From a virus (taxonomy: Duplodnaviria; Caudoviricetes), in IMG/VR virus record IMGVR_UViG_3300021426_000001: a stretch of 64,000 nt of DNA, one strand, 5' to 3'. Position 1 is the stretch's first letter; every line of letters begins with the position of its first letter. Of this stretch, positions 18,180 through 26,518 are shown in pieces. Below the pieces are notes generated by a model. That model saw only the letters and a list, made by a program, of their open reading frames with translations. It made no database searches and was not told where the DNA came from. A program made the position numbers and the translations under genes.

Positions 18180-18530
18180 TTACTCAGCCTTTGGGAACTG
18201 AGTGTCCTTGCCGTCCACGTAGGTGCTACGTCCAGACTGCGGGAGGTTGAAGGCCTCTGAGACCTTTTCACTCTTGGCAGTGTCGTAACCCTCAGTGAAG
18301 AGAGCGGAAGTGACGAATGCAGAGCTTGCGCCCTTCTTCGGTTCACCCCAGCCAGACTGCGGAAGGTTCATCTTGAAGGTCTCCTGAACGTCAGCCCAAC
18401 CATTTGGTGCGTTGGTCTTGTCGAATTCAGTGTAGATTCCATCAAGGTAGCTGCTGGCGTTGAAAGCAGAATCTGGGACCTGCTTGTCATTGCCAATGTG
18501 GTACTGAGACTTAGAAGGTAGTTTGTACAT
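18180..18530 (-). CDS. Small protein after the major capsid gene, possible decoration protein
   Basis: Strong AAGGAG RBS; internal repeat NLPQSG twice. Confidence 0.65.
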   Translation of the reverse strand: MYKLPSKSQYHIGNDKQVPDSAFNASSYLDGIYTEFDKTNAPNGWADVQETFKMNLPQSGWGEPKKGASSAFVTSALFTEGYDTAKSEKVSEAFNLPQSGRSTYVDGKDTQFPKAE

Positions 18531-18566
18531 TTTCAAAATTCTCCTTGTGTTAAATTTTTACTCTGA

Positions 18567-19898
18567 TTACCACGTACCCTCATCGCCTTCACCGTTCAGA
18601 CGAGCTGCGAGGCCTTCGAATCTGAGAAGTCTGTAATAGTTCTCAGCGCCGAGCATATTGTCGGCAAAGGCGTATCTGGTCATCACGCCAACTCTCGGAG
18701 AGAAGTCACGTGGATCAGTTGCCTGAAGAGTCAAGCTCGTGATGTACGGGCAGTAAACGACACCGCAGTTAGAAAGGCCTTCGCCCTTGTATGCGATGAG
18801 CACTTCACCGTTGTCCATGTTGGTCATCGGATCGACAGCGTTGTTGTCGATGAAGACCTTGATGTTGCCGTTCAGAGTACCTGCGGCAGCAGTAGCAGAG
18901 CTACCGTTCACGTTGGTAACGATCTTGCTGAAGTTCGGAGCAGCGATCTGCATAGCAGTTGCGATGTCCGGAGATACGACAGCGATGTTACCTGCAGAGG
19001 TACGAGTGCTGGTTCTGATGTTGTTAGAAGCTGCGATCACCTTAGCGACGATGTTAGCCAGTCTCTCCTGAGACCAACGACCGTTCCAACCGTCACCAAC
19101 GCCACCTGCGCCTGGAGCATTGCTTACAACGCCTTCCTTGAAGCGGAAGATCTTCGGCGTGCAGAGAGCCTTACAGTGAGCGATAGTCTCACGGTCGACT
19201 TCCTGAACGAGCTCTTCCTGACAGGTCTTGATCATCTCGCTCATCATGTCGAGGTGCTGCATAGACTCGACGTCCTGAGCAGACTCGATAGAGAAGCTTG
19301 ATCCGACCTTACGGGTCTTAGCTGCCACGACCTGCGTAGCGAGCATGAGTCCGAGCTCCGGCCACTTCTCGAACTTGGCTGGATCGCCACCTAGCTTCCA
19401 GTGCTCAGCAGCCTCAGTCTCAACTGCGGTACCTGCATCTGGCTTACCGTCGCGGTTAGCCGTAGAGCCAGTGAAGCCAGAGAAGCGAGCGACGTGCTTC
19501 CAAGCAGCTTCAATGATCTGCGTAGGATCTGCCGTCTTGTAGATACGACGGACAGCGCAAGCCAGAGATACTGGACCTGCCATCGGCTGAACGCCAACGA
19601 GGACGTTTGCGAACATTTCTGGGAAAGCTCTACGAACGATGGCCATAGAGATGTTCGGGAGAACACCCTTGCCCGGACCGCCGTGCGGAATGCCCTGGTT
19701 GAGACCAGTAGCGCCACCAACGCCCATGCTGAAGTCTTCGTCAAGTCTCATGCCCTTCTTTACCCAGCGGTCCTGGTTCTCCAGAAGCTTGGCAGTGTTG
19801 GCACGAATATACTTGTCACCGATCGAAGCAACAGAAAGTGCATTTGGCTTTTCGCTCCATGCCTCTGTGATTGTCTTCTGTGAAGAAAGTATTTTCAT
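18567..19898 (-). CDS. gp23: Major capsid protein
   Basis: 'LLENQ', 'IVRRAFP..ANVLVGVQPMAGP', 'VAAKTRK', 'YCPY', 'FSPRVGVMTRY'. Confidence 0.95.
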   Translation of the reverse strand: MKILSSQKTITEAWSEKPNALSVASIGDKYIRANTAKLLENQDRWVKKGMRLDEDFSMGVGGATGLNQGIPHGGPGKGVLPNISMAIVRRAFPEMFANVLVGVQPMAGPVSLACAVRRIYKTADPTQIIEAAWKHVARFSGFTGSTANRDGKPDAGTAVETEAAEHWKLGGDPAKFEKWPELGLMLATQVVAAKTRKVGSSFSIESAQDVESMQHLDMMSEMIKTCQEELVQEVDRETIAHCKALCTPKIFRFKEGVVSNAPGAGGVGDGWNGRWSQERLANIVAKVIAASNNIRTSTRTSAGNIAVVSPDIATAMQIAAPNFSKIVTNVNGSSATAAAGTLNGNIKVFIDNNAVDPMTNMDNGEVLIAYKGEGLSNCGVVYCPYITSLTLQATDPRDFSPRVGVMTRYAFADNMLGAENYYRLLRFEGLAARLNGEGDEGTW

Positions 19899-19921
19899 TC
19901 TCTTTTACTCCTTGAAAATTC

Positions 19922-20953
19922 TTACATCTCGCAATATCTTGCCACAGAGGTCAGATATGCGTCCGTGTTTTCGTCGATTCTCTCTCTCGACTCTTTGTGT
20001 GATTTGATACGTTCATTTACGAAGTCAGGCGTGCTATCTTCTGTGATAGACTTTGGAACGAACGCTGGCTTAGCTGGCTGTCTCTTTGCAGCAGATTCTG
20101 CCACTAGAGAGCGATATTCCTTTGTGGGAACCTTCGACTCGCGGATAGCCTGTTCACGAGCTTCTGTGATTCTTCTTGCGGATTCTCTTAGCATTCCGCA
20201 GTAAGCATCGATGTCCTGCTTAGTAGTAGCGAAAGACTTCTCGGCGAAGAACTTCTTCACGTTGGCAGCATCCTCGGTAGAGAGTCCGACAGACTTCTCA
20301 GCGATTAGTGCGCGCTTTGCATACTTCTCAGCACGGTCAGAAAGCGTCATGTTCTCATTGATCTGCTTCTTGAGAGTCTCTTCGAGTTCGGCAACGTGTG
20401 CCTGAGCCTCTTTGATCTTCTTCTTGCCAGATACGTTGAGCGGAACATACTGCTCCTCGAAGAGGTTCTGGATACCCTTGATGATCGGGGCGAATGTCTC
20501 GTTGACAGCGGCCTGCTTGATCTGATCTGGTGAGATCTTCTCTACGATTGCGTAGTCAAGATAACGGTCAAGCTGTGCGAGGATCGACTCTTCCATCAAA
20601 GCCAATTCTTTTTCGTATTTCTCCGCGAAAGCCTTCTCGAAGTACTCAGCGATGTAGTCCTGACAAGCCTTTTCGACTTCCTCCGTCTTCTCGTTGAGTG
20701 CGATAGAAGCGTTCTTCGCGATCGTTGCTGTCTTGATCTTGATGTACTGCTCTGCATCCTCATCGAGTTTCTTAGACTTAGCCTGTAGAAGCTCGTCCAC
20801 TCTCATGGCGATATATTCTTCAGCTCTCTCGGAAATGAGATTACTCTCGGCTTTGACTCTAGCGTCAACAGCTTCATTGAAGGATTCCTGAAGTCCATTC
20901 AGGTCCTCTTCTGTGAGGCCGAGCGCCTTGAGCTTTTCTACGATTTTATCCAT
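19922..20953 (-). CDS. gp22: Prohead core scaffold protein
   Basis: Coiled-coil E/K/A-rich; 'LDRYLDYAI', 'GIQNLFEEQYV'; directly upstream of gp23. Confidence 0.8.
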   Translation of the reverse strand: MDKIVEKLKALGLTEEDLNGLQESFNEAVDARVKAESNLISERAEEYIAMRVDELLQAKSKKLDEDAEQYIKIKTATIAKNASIALNEKTEEVEKACQDYIAEYFEKAFAEKYEKELALMEESILAQLDRYLDYAIVEKISPDQIKQAAVNETFAPIIKGIQNLFEEQYVPLNVSGKKKIKEAQAHVAELEETLKKQINENMTLSDRAEKYAKRALIAEKSVGLSTEDAANVKKFFAEKSFATTKQDIDAYCGMLRESARRITEAREQAIRESKVPTKEYRSLVAESAAKRQPAKPAFVPKSITEDSTPDFVNERIKSHKESRERIDENTDAYLTSVARYCEM

Positions 20954-21082
20954 CTATTTCCTCCGGCTTATGTTTTATATATTACGGAAAATTTTCCTAT
21001 TTTTTGCTTTTTTGAACAATTCTTGAAAAAAGTTAACATTTTGTTCAAAAATTGTTCATAAAAGGGTCATGTAAGTTATTTA

Positions 21083-21826
21083 TCAGATCTTGTCGGTGAT
21101 GTCGCGTACTTGTTCGACTTCTCCGTTAGCCTTGTTGGCGTCGATCTTCTTTGCGTTCTGGAAGTTCAGAAGAGCTTCCTTGATCTTCATAGTCACGTAG
21201 TTCTTCGTCTTCTCGTCCACAGACTCGATGCTGCGCTTCACGATGTCAGAGAAGGACTCGTTGTTCTGAATGTCCTTGAAGTCATCGTCGATGAGCTTCT
21301 TTCCGTTGGCGACTAGCTCTAGAACGTTCTTAGCTGCGTCAACCTCGGCTAGATCGATGTCGTTAGCTTGAATAGTCTTGTTCAGACCTGCAAGAACGCC
21401 GTCGAAGTCGTAAATCCCTGCAGCACCGGGACCTCTGTCGTTGGGACTTCCGTCACCTGCTGGCGCTCCCTTGAAGTCGGGATCATCTTCACGATCTCTG
21501 AACTTGTCATTAGTGCTAGTAGTGTCATCGCCTGGCACATCATCTGAGCTAGTTGAGCTTCCTCCGCTTGGTCCACCGCCAAATCCTCCTAAGTCTCCGC
21601 CTCCGCCAATGTCTCCACCGCCTCCGAGATCATCTGCTGGCGGAGTGTCGTTGAATCCTCCATCGTCTGAAGGTGCCGTGTCGTCTGCTGGCGGCGCATC
21701 ATCGGCTGGAGCTGCATCGTCTGCTGGAGGGGCTGAGTCATCTGGACCGTCTTCTAGCAGAATCTTGCTGAAGTCGATGGGCTTAACCCTCTCGTTCACG
21801 TACTGTCTGATATTCTCAATTGACAT
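21083..21826 (-). CDS. Acidic Gly/Pro/Asp-rich protein, possible prohead core protein
   Basis: PPADD repeats and poly-Gly; head-gene neighbourhood. Confidence 0.65.
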   Translation of the reverse strand: MSIENIRQYVNERVKPIDFSKILLEDGPDDSAPPADDAAPADDAPPADDTAPSDDGGFNDTPPADDLGGGGDIGGGGDLGGFGGGPSGGSSTSSDDVPGDDTTSTNDKFRDREDDPDFKGAPAGDGSPNDRGPGAAGIYDFDGVLAGLNKTIQANDIDLAEVDAAKNVLELVANGKKLIDDDFKDIQNNESFSDIVKRSIESVDEKTKNYVTMKIKEALLNFQNAKKIDANKANGEVEQVRDITDKI

Positions 21827-21827
21827 G

Positions 21828-22151
21828 TCAAATCTCCTGTTTCTCTAGGGCCTCTTGCAGATTCTTTCTCGACAGCTTGAACGTGTTAGCGCACATCAGG
21901 TAGTCGAATATTCGGCGATTCAGCTTAGCGTCGCAGTTCTCGCCAAGGATCAGAAGCATGACTCTCTGCTTGTCATGGTTCTGTATGGCGTCTGCCAGTA
22001 TGTCGAAGGTGTGCGAGTACGTGTTGTAGATCACGTCGTAGTCCTTCAGATCCTCGCGGTTGCAGATGCTCAAGATGAGCTTTCGAAGGAACTCGTCCTT
22101 CTTGCTGATTCGGTAGAAAATCGAAAATCTTGTGTAGAGAGGTCTTCCCAT
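21828..22151 (-). CDS. Hypothetical late protein
   Basis: 107 aa; GATAAATA 5 nt upstream. Confidence 0.65.
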   Translation of the reverse strand: MGRPLYTRFSIFYRISKKDEFLRKLILSICNREDLKDYDVIYNTYSHTFDILADAIQNHDKQRVMLLILGENCDAKLNRRIFDYLMCANTFKLSRKNLQEALEKQEI

Positions 22152-22174
22152 TGCTTTATTTATCCAGAAAATTT

Positions 22175-22906
22175 CTACTCTAGCTTGAACTTCGGCAGAT
22201 CTTCTTCTTTGACCTTCTGAACTGGAGGCATAGCGCTCTTGACGAGCTTGAGAAGCTCATCGGAAGCGAAGTTGAACGTGTTGTTGATCTGTGTGATCTG
22301 AGCGCCATGACCATTCTGGCCAGCTGCAGCAGCTTCCATCTGATCTTTCATCACGTCGTGCTTGATGTTTCCAGTGCCCTTGTCCTCTACGATCTTGTAG
22401 TCTGTCACCATCTGGTCTATCTTGGCTAGACGCATGATGTTGTCAGAGACAGTCTTAGAGAGATTTCCGTATACCTCGAAGAGGTGCGGGTTAGTGCCGA
22501 TCTTCAGCTGAGACTCGATGCAGTCCAGGACAGCTCTGTTGTCGGAGATGAGAGCCTTTAGCTGCGCCTTCATGTAGGCGCGATCTTCGAGGTCATATCT
22601 CTGGAGCTTCACTTCTTTTTCGAGCGCTACGATCTGCTTGTGATCTTCCTTCGCTTTCTGCTTCATCTCAGCTACTGACGGACCGGACGGCTCGTCATCT
22701 TCGTCTGACTCTTGTGCGTCTGGAACAGTGTTCACGAGAGCGTCGTCTAGGAAGCTCATCGGATCTGGCGCTGCGACTGGAGGAGTCGGAGTCACTTGCT
22801 GCGCTTCTGAAGCTAGTTGAGGTTTTGGCTGTGTATTTCCCTCGTCTCTAACGTCTTCTATCTCGAAGTCGCGGACGAGAGCATCGATTGAAGTTTCTAA
22901 GCTCAT
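22175..22906 (-). CDS. gp16: Terminase small subunit, gp16-like
   Basis: 'NPHLFEVYGNLSKTVSD' and 'INNTFNFASDELLKLVK' resemble T4-like small terminases; late promoter upstream. Confidence 0.6.
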   Translation of the reverse strand: MSLETSIDALVRDFEIEDVRDEGNTQPKPQLASEAQQVTPTPPVAAPDPMSFLDDALVNTVPDAQESDEDDEPSGPSVAEMKQKAKEDHKQIVALEKEVKLQRYDLEDRAYMKAQLKALISDNRAVLDCIESQLKIGTNPHLFEVYGNLSKTVSDNIMRLAKIDQMVTDYKIVEDKGTGNIKHDVMKDQMEAAAAGQNGHGAQITQINNTFNFASDELLKLVKSAMPPVQKVKEEDLPKFKLE

Positions 22907-22946
22907 AAGTTGTCCTTCTTGGATATTCTATTTATCGTGAAAACAC

Positions 22947-22974
22947 AAAAACGGCTGCCGCTCTTGCGACAGCC
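22947..22974 (-). terminator. Intrinsic terminator after topoisomerase A subunit
   Basis: GGCTGTCGC/GCGGCAGCC stem then T-run on minus strand. Confidence 0.65.
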
Positions 22975-22995
22975 TTAGTGAACAGATGGATGAGC

Positions 22996-24495
22996 TTAGA
23001 TTTTCAGAGTTCTCTCTTTGAAGAACTCCTTTAGACCGTTGAGCTTTCTCACGATGACTCGGTCGATGTCGAGAAGATCAGCGTCGATTCTCTCCATCTC
23101 CTTGATCAAGTCCTTAGAGTCCTTCTCAAGCTTCTCAATGTCTACCTTCTTGAGAGCAGAGAGCTTAAGGTCTGTGATGTACTCAGCGCCTTCTTTGACT
23201 TTCTGAGGATCTTTAGTCTTCTTGAAGAGCGGAAGATTCTTCGCGATGTAGTCTTCCGTCTCGTCTGCTTCTAGAGCCTTCTTGATCACGTCTAGGTGCT
23301 TAGCAGCGTCGATTCGGCACACAGTCTTGAAGTACTTTAGCTCAGTGTCAGCTCTCTCAACCTTCAAGAGCTTAGCTTCCACTTCTCTTCTCCAGTCTAG
23401 CCATATCTTCATGTAGTCGATTAGTCCCAGCTTTAGGAGCTTAGTATCGATGTCGCGGATTTCTGGATTGGCGCTTCTTCTTCTGTCTAGAGCGTAGTAC
23501 TGGACAGTGTAGTTCTTGATGAGATGCTTGTGAATCTCCTTCTCGAAAGTGTCCTCGCCAACGAACATGACTTCGAAGTTGCAGGGATTTTCTTTCGTAG
23601 AAGCGTCATTAGCATACTGGACCATTCTGTCGCCGTCTACCTTCTCGTCCATGAGCTTGATCATAGCAGCTTGGAAAGCAGAGGGCTTGAATGTAGGACA
23701 GTAGCCAGTGACGTTCAGAATGTAGCTCTTCTTTCCGACTTTCGTGATAGTGTAGTCGCATTCGTAAGTGAGCTTGCCCTCGCCAGTCTCGTAGATCTTG
23801 ATCAGCTCGTCGACTGGAGTTAGAAGCTTTCCGCCAGATGTGCCGTCAGGACCGTGGAAGACCTTCATGAGATCTTTCATCTTCACGCTGTCCCACTTCT
23901 TCAGGACGATCTTCAGAGCTTCTACGACTTCCTGTAGGTTGTGGTCAGGAGTGTGGTACGTGATAGCGACTCCAACGCCGTCACCGCCGTTGACGAAGAA
24001 GCACGGAAAGTCCATAGGGATGTCGATTGGCTCCATGTACTCGCCAGAGAAGTTCGGAACTTCTTCCGCTACGCAGTAAGACTCCATGCACTTCTGACCG
24101 AGCTTAGAGAACTTGCACTCTGTGTATCTCGGAGCAGCAGCTTCGTCATCTACGCTTCCCCAGTTACCCTGACCCTGAACGAGACTGTATGTCTGATTCA
24201 CGAGAGTCTGAAGAGGCTTATATGCTTCTGAGTGCGGGTGGTACTTGCCCATAGTGTCGCCGAGAACTCTTGCGCTCTTGACGGTCGGAGATGAGTTCCA
24301 GCACTTCATGTCGTACATAGCCTTCAGAAGGCGTCTCTGTGCTGGCTTAAGGCCGTCTCTCACTGACGGAATCATTCTGTCTTCGAGGACAGACAGACCA
24401 TACTCGGTGATGTTGTTCTCTAGAACACCCGTGAGATCTGCCTCCCTGATAGTCGGTGCTGTCTCTTCTTGTATCAAAAACTTCTTTTTTGCCAT
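22996..24495 (-). CDS. Type IIA topoisomerase subunit A (GyrA/ParC-like, no C-terminal pinwheel)
   Basis: 'RDGLKPAQRR', 'KSARVLG..MGKYHPH', 'GQGNWGS', catalytic 'AAAPRYTE'. Confidence 0.92.
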   Translation of the reverse strand: MAKKKFLIQEETAPTIREADLTGVLENNITEYGLSVLEDRMIPSVRDGLKPAQRRLLKAMYDMKCWNSSPTVKSARVLGDTMGKYHPHSEAYKPLQTLVNQTYSLVQGQGNWGSVDDEAAAPRYTECKFSKLGQKCMESYCVAEEVPNFSGEYMEPIDIPMDFPCFFVNGGDGVGVAITYHTPDHNLQEVVEALKIVLKKWDSVKMKDLMKVFHGPDGTSGGKLLTPVDELIKIYETGEGKLTYECDYTITKVGKKSYILNVTGYCPTFKPSAFQAAMIKLMDEKVDGDRMVQYANDASTKENPCNFEVMFVGEDTFEKEIHKHLIKNYTVQYYALDRRRSANPEIRDIDTKLLKLGLIDYMKIWLDWRREVEAKLLKVERADTELKYFKTVCRIDAAKHLDVIKKALEADETEDYIAKNLPLFKKTKDPQKVKEGAEYITDLKLSALKKVDIEKLEKDSKDLIKEMERIDADLLDIDRVIVRKLNGLKEFFKERTLKI

Positions 24496-24532
24496 TATTA
24501 GTTTACCTGTTTAGTTCAAATATAGAAAAATT

Positions 24533-25015
24533 CTACATTTCTATCACTTTCTGCTGAATGAGGTATCGCAAGTAAGCGTAGATGTGCTTGCAGAATGTCG
24601 GAATCTTGCCAGGATTGTTCACCCTGTTCGGAATCATAGCGACTCCAGGCGCTCTTCCAGCGTAGTTCTTGTTCTGCTGGAGCGGGTACGCGACATTGTA
24701 GCGGAAAGCGTTGCAGGTGCACTTGACCTCTACGACGCAGTTGATGTCGAACGGATCTTCAAGCGTCTTTCTGTGGAACTGAACGAGAATCTTGTAGTTC
24801 TGGTTCTGGAGAGACGACTGGACAGTGCCGTTGCATATCAAGTTGAGAGTGTCTTTGCCCTTAGAGGTAGAGTTTATGATGCGCAGATTCTTGTAGTCAG
24901 AGTAAGGGAAGACTTTCTTGAAGTTATCCCTGAGCTGAATCAGACTCTGCTTTTCGTCTACTCTTTGACTTGGTCTCTGGCTCTCGCTGAACTGTAGGAA
25001 TCTCAACATCTTCAT
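24533..25015 (-). CDS. SWIM-type zinc-finger protein
   Basis: 'VKCTCNAF...FCKHI'. Confidence 0.7.
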   Translation of the reverse strand: MKMLRFLQFSESQRPSQRVDEKQSLIQLRDNFKKVFPYSDYKNLRIINSTSKGKDTLNLICNGTVQSSLQNQNYKILVQFHRKTLEDPFDINCVVEVKCTCNAFRYNVAYPLQQNKNYAGRAPGVAMIPNRVNNPGKIPTFCKHIYAYLRYLIQQKVIEM

Positions 25016-25706
25016 CTCTCCTGAATAGTGCGAACTTGTTGATCGGGAACGTGTTTGCTAGTCTAGCCCACTTCTCGAAGACTGGCGCTCTCAGCTCGTT
25101 GATGTTCTTCGGCAGATCACCAGGAGAAGCGTGCCATACGCTGACTGGGATAGTGCAGATTCCGAAGCCGTTTCTGAGTCCCTGGAGACAGAAGTCCACG
25201 TCATAGAAGTGGTAGCTCGGGATGTTCTCGTCGAATCTCTGCTTCTCGAACACGTCTGTGTGGATCCACATCACGCATCCGTCAACTGTAGCGAGACCGT
25301 CATGGTAGCCAGGCCAGTCTCTCATCTCGTAGAACTTCGGCGGCTCTACTGGCTTCTTGTCTGGTCCGAGAACTCTCTGCTTGATGTAGCCGACTCCGTT
25401 GACTTGACGGTCTGGATTCCACCAGTGCATGAGATAGTCCAAGTTGAGCGTTCCGATGACGCCAGCGATTCTCTGACCCTTCTCGTATGCCTGATCTAGT
25501 CTAGCAGCTACGATGTCTTGAGGAGTCTCTATGCAGGCGTCGTCGTGGATGAAGCAGACCCAGCCCTTGTAGCCCTCCTTCTGGACCATGTCGATAGCTA
25601 CATTGTACTTCTTGCACATCGAGTCTCCGTAAGAGTTGTCAATGTATGTAGTGTCAGTCTTCGGATCATACGGCTTCGGTTCAATTGTCGCAGTGAAAGT
25701 TTTCAT
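24924..25706 (-). CDS. Glycosyltransferase family 2-like
   Basis: 'KYN', 'CFIHDD', 'GVIG', 'VDGCVM', 'FDE...YHFYDVDFCL'; start at 25706 (ATGA overlap). Confidence 0.75.
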   Translation of the reverse strand: MKTFTATIEPKPYDPKTDTTYIDNSYGDSMCKKYNVAIDMVQKEGYKGWVCFIHDDACIETPQDIVAARLDQAYEKGQRIAGVIGTLNLDYLMHWWNPDRQVNGVGYIKQRVLGPDKKPVEPPKFYEMRDWPGYHDGLATVDGCVMWIHTDVFEKQRFDENIPSYHFYDVDFCLQGLRNGFGICTIPVSVWHASPGDLPKNINELRAPVFEKWARLANTFPINKFALFRRDEDVEIPTVQREPETKSKSRRKAESDSAQG

Positions 25707-26497
25707 AGGTATAGTCCCAGAGTCTCCAAGTTCTTCTTTATTAGCGGGTACACGCGCAAGTTTGGCCAGTCTCTCTGGCACTTGGCGTGAAGGTTAGACA
25801 TTACATATATCTTGTTTACGACTGGCTTAGTGATGATGACAGTGCTGTCGTTCTTGTTCTGCTGCTGAGCGTGTGCCATGATCTCCAGCTTGTAGCGGTT
25901 CAGAAGAGGTCCAGCGTTCTTGTAGATCAAGTCGGTGTAAGCTCTCTTAGAGTCGTCCGAGCAGGCAGAGATGTAAGAGTCTCTATCATTGGATCTGACT
26001 ACGAACTTCTTGAACATGTCCCAGTCGTCTCCGAGAGATATGCGATAGGAATCTGGAAGATCTCTAGCGGCTCCGGCGAACCATGAGTCGACATTGTCTC
26101 TGTTCCATAGCGCCTTCTTGAATACGACTTCCTTGAGCCCGCGAATCTCGTTCCTGAGCTCTTTGGAGTATGTTCTGAAGTCAGTCCATGTGCAGTCGTC
26201 CTTCGATCTCAGAACGGCGTCAAGATAGTTGTCTTCGGACTTCTTCAGTCCCTCTATCTTGATGACGCAGTCGAAAGAGACTGTCGGGTTGTTGATGCTG
26301 TCGAAAAGCACTTGACCATTGAGCGTTCCCTGAATCTCTGGAGCTCTGTTGATAGTGTCTATCGTCTGAATCAGATCTTCGTACTTGCACAGGATGTAAG
26401 AGAAGATCGGCTTAGAGTCTAGACACGTCTTCAAGAGATCCTTGGAGAGCGGGAGAGTCGTTGCGTCAACGTCATATATGAATCTACTGTCTAGCAT
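25703..26497 (-). CDS. Hypothetical late protein
   Basis: 264 aa; TATAAATA at 26505-26512. Confidence 0.65.
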   Translation of the reverse strand: MLDSRFIYDVDATTLPLSKDLLKTCLDSKPIFSYILCKYEDLIQTIDTINRAPEIQGTLNGQVLFDSINNPTVSFDCVIKIEGLKKSEDNYLDAVLRSKDDCTWTDFRTYSKELRNEIRGLKEVVFKKALWNRDNVDSWFAGAARDLPDSYRISLGDDWDMFKKFVVRSNDRDSYISACSDDSKRAYTDLIYKNAGPLLNRYKLEIMAHAQQQNKNDSTVIITKPVVNKIYVMSNLHAKCQRDWPNLRVYPLIKKNLETLGLYL

Positions 26498-26518
26498 GTC
26501 TTAGTATTTATAGTGAAC

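Noticed and set aside
21590-21735. GC-rich short repeats
   Set aside because: They encode PPADD and poly-Gly segments of a protein
22996-24495. Calling the topoisomerase a true DNA gyrase
   Set aside because: No C-terminal pinwheel or GyrA box, so supercoiling activity is not supported
24519-24530. A separate middle-promoter class (TATATT or TATATA without the -35; also near 16443, 28376, 38007, 42003, 50491)
   Set aside because: A -10-like box is visible but I found no consistent upstream element to define a class
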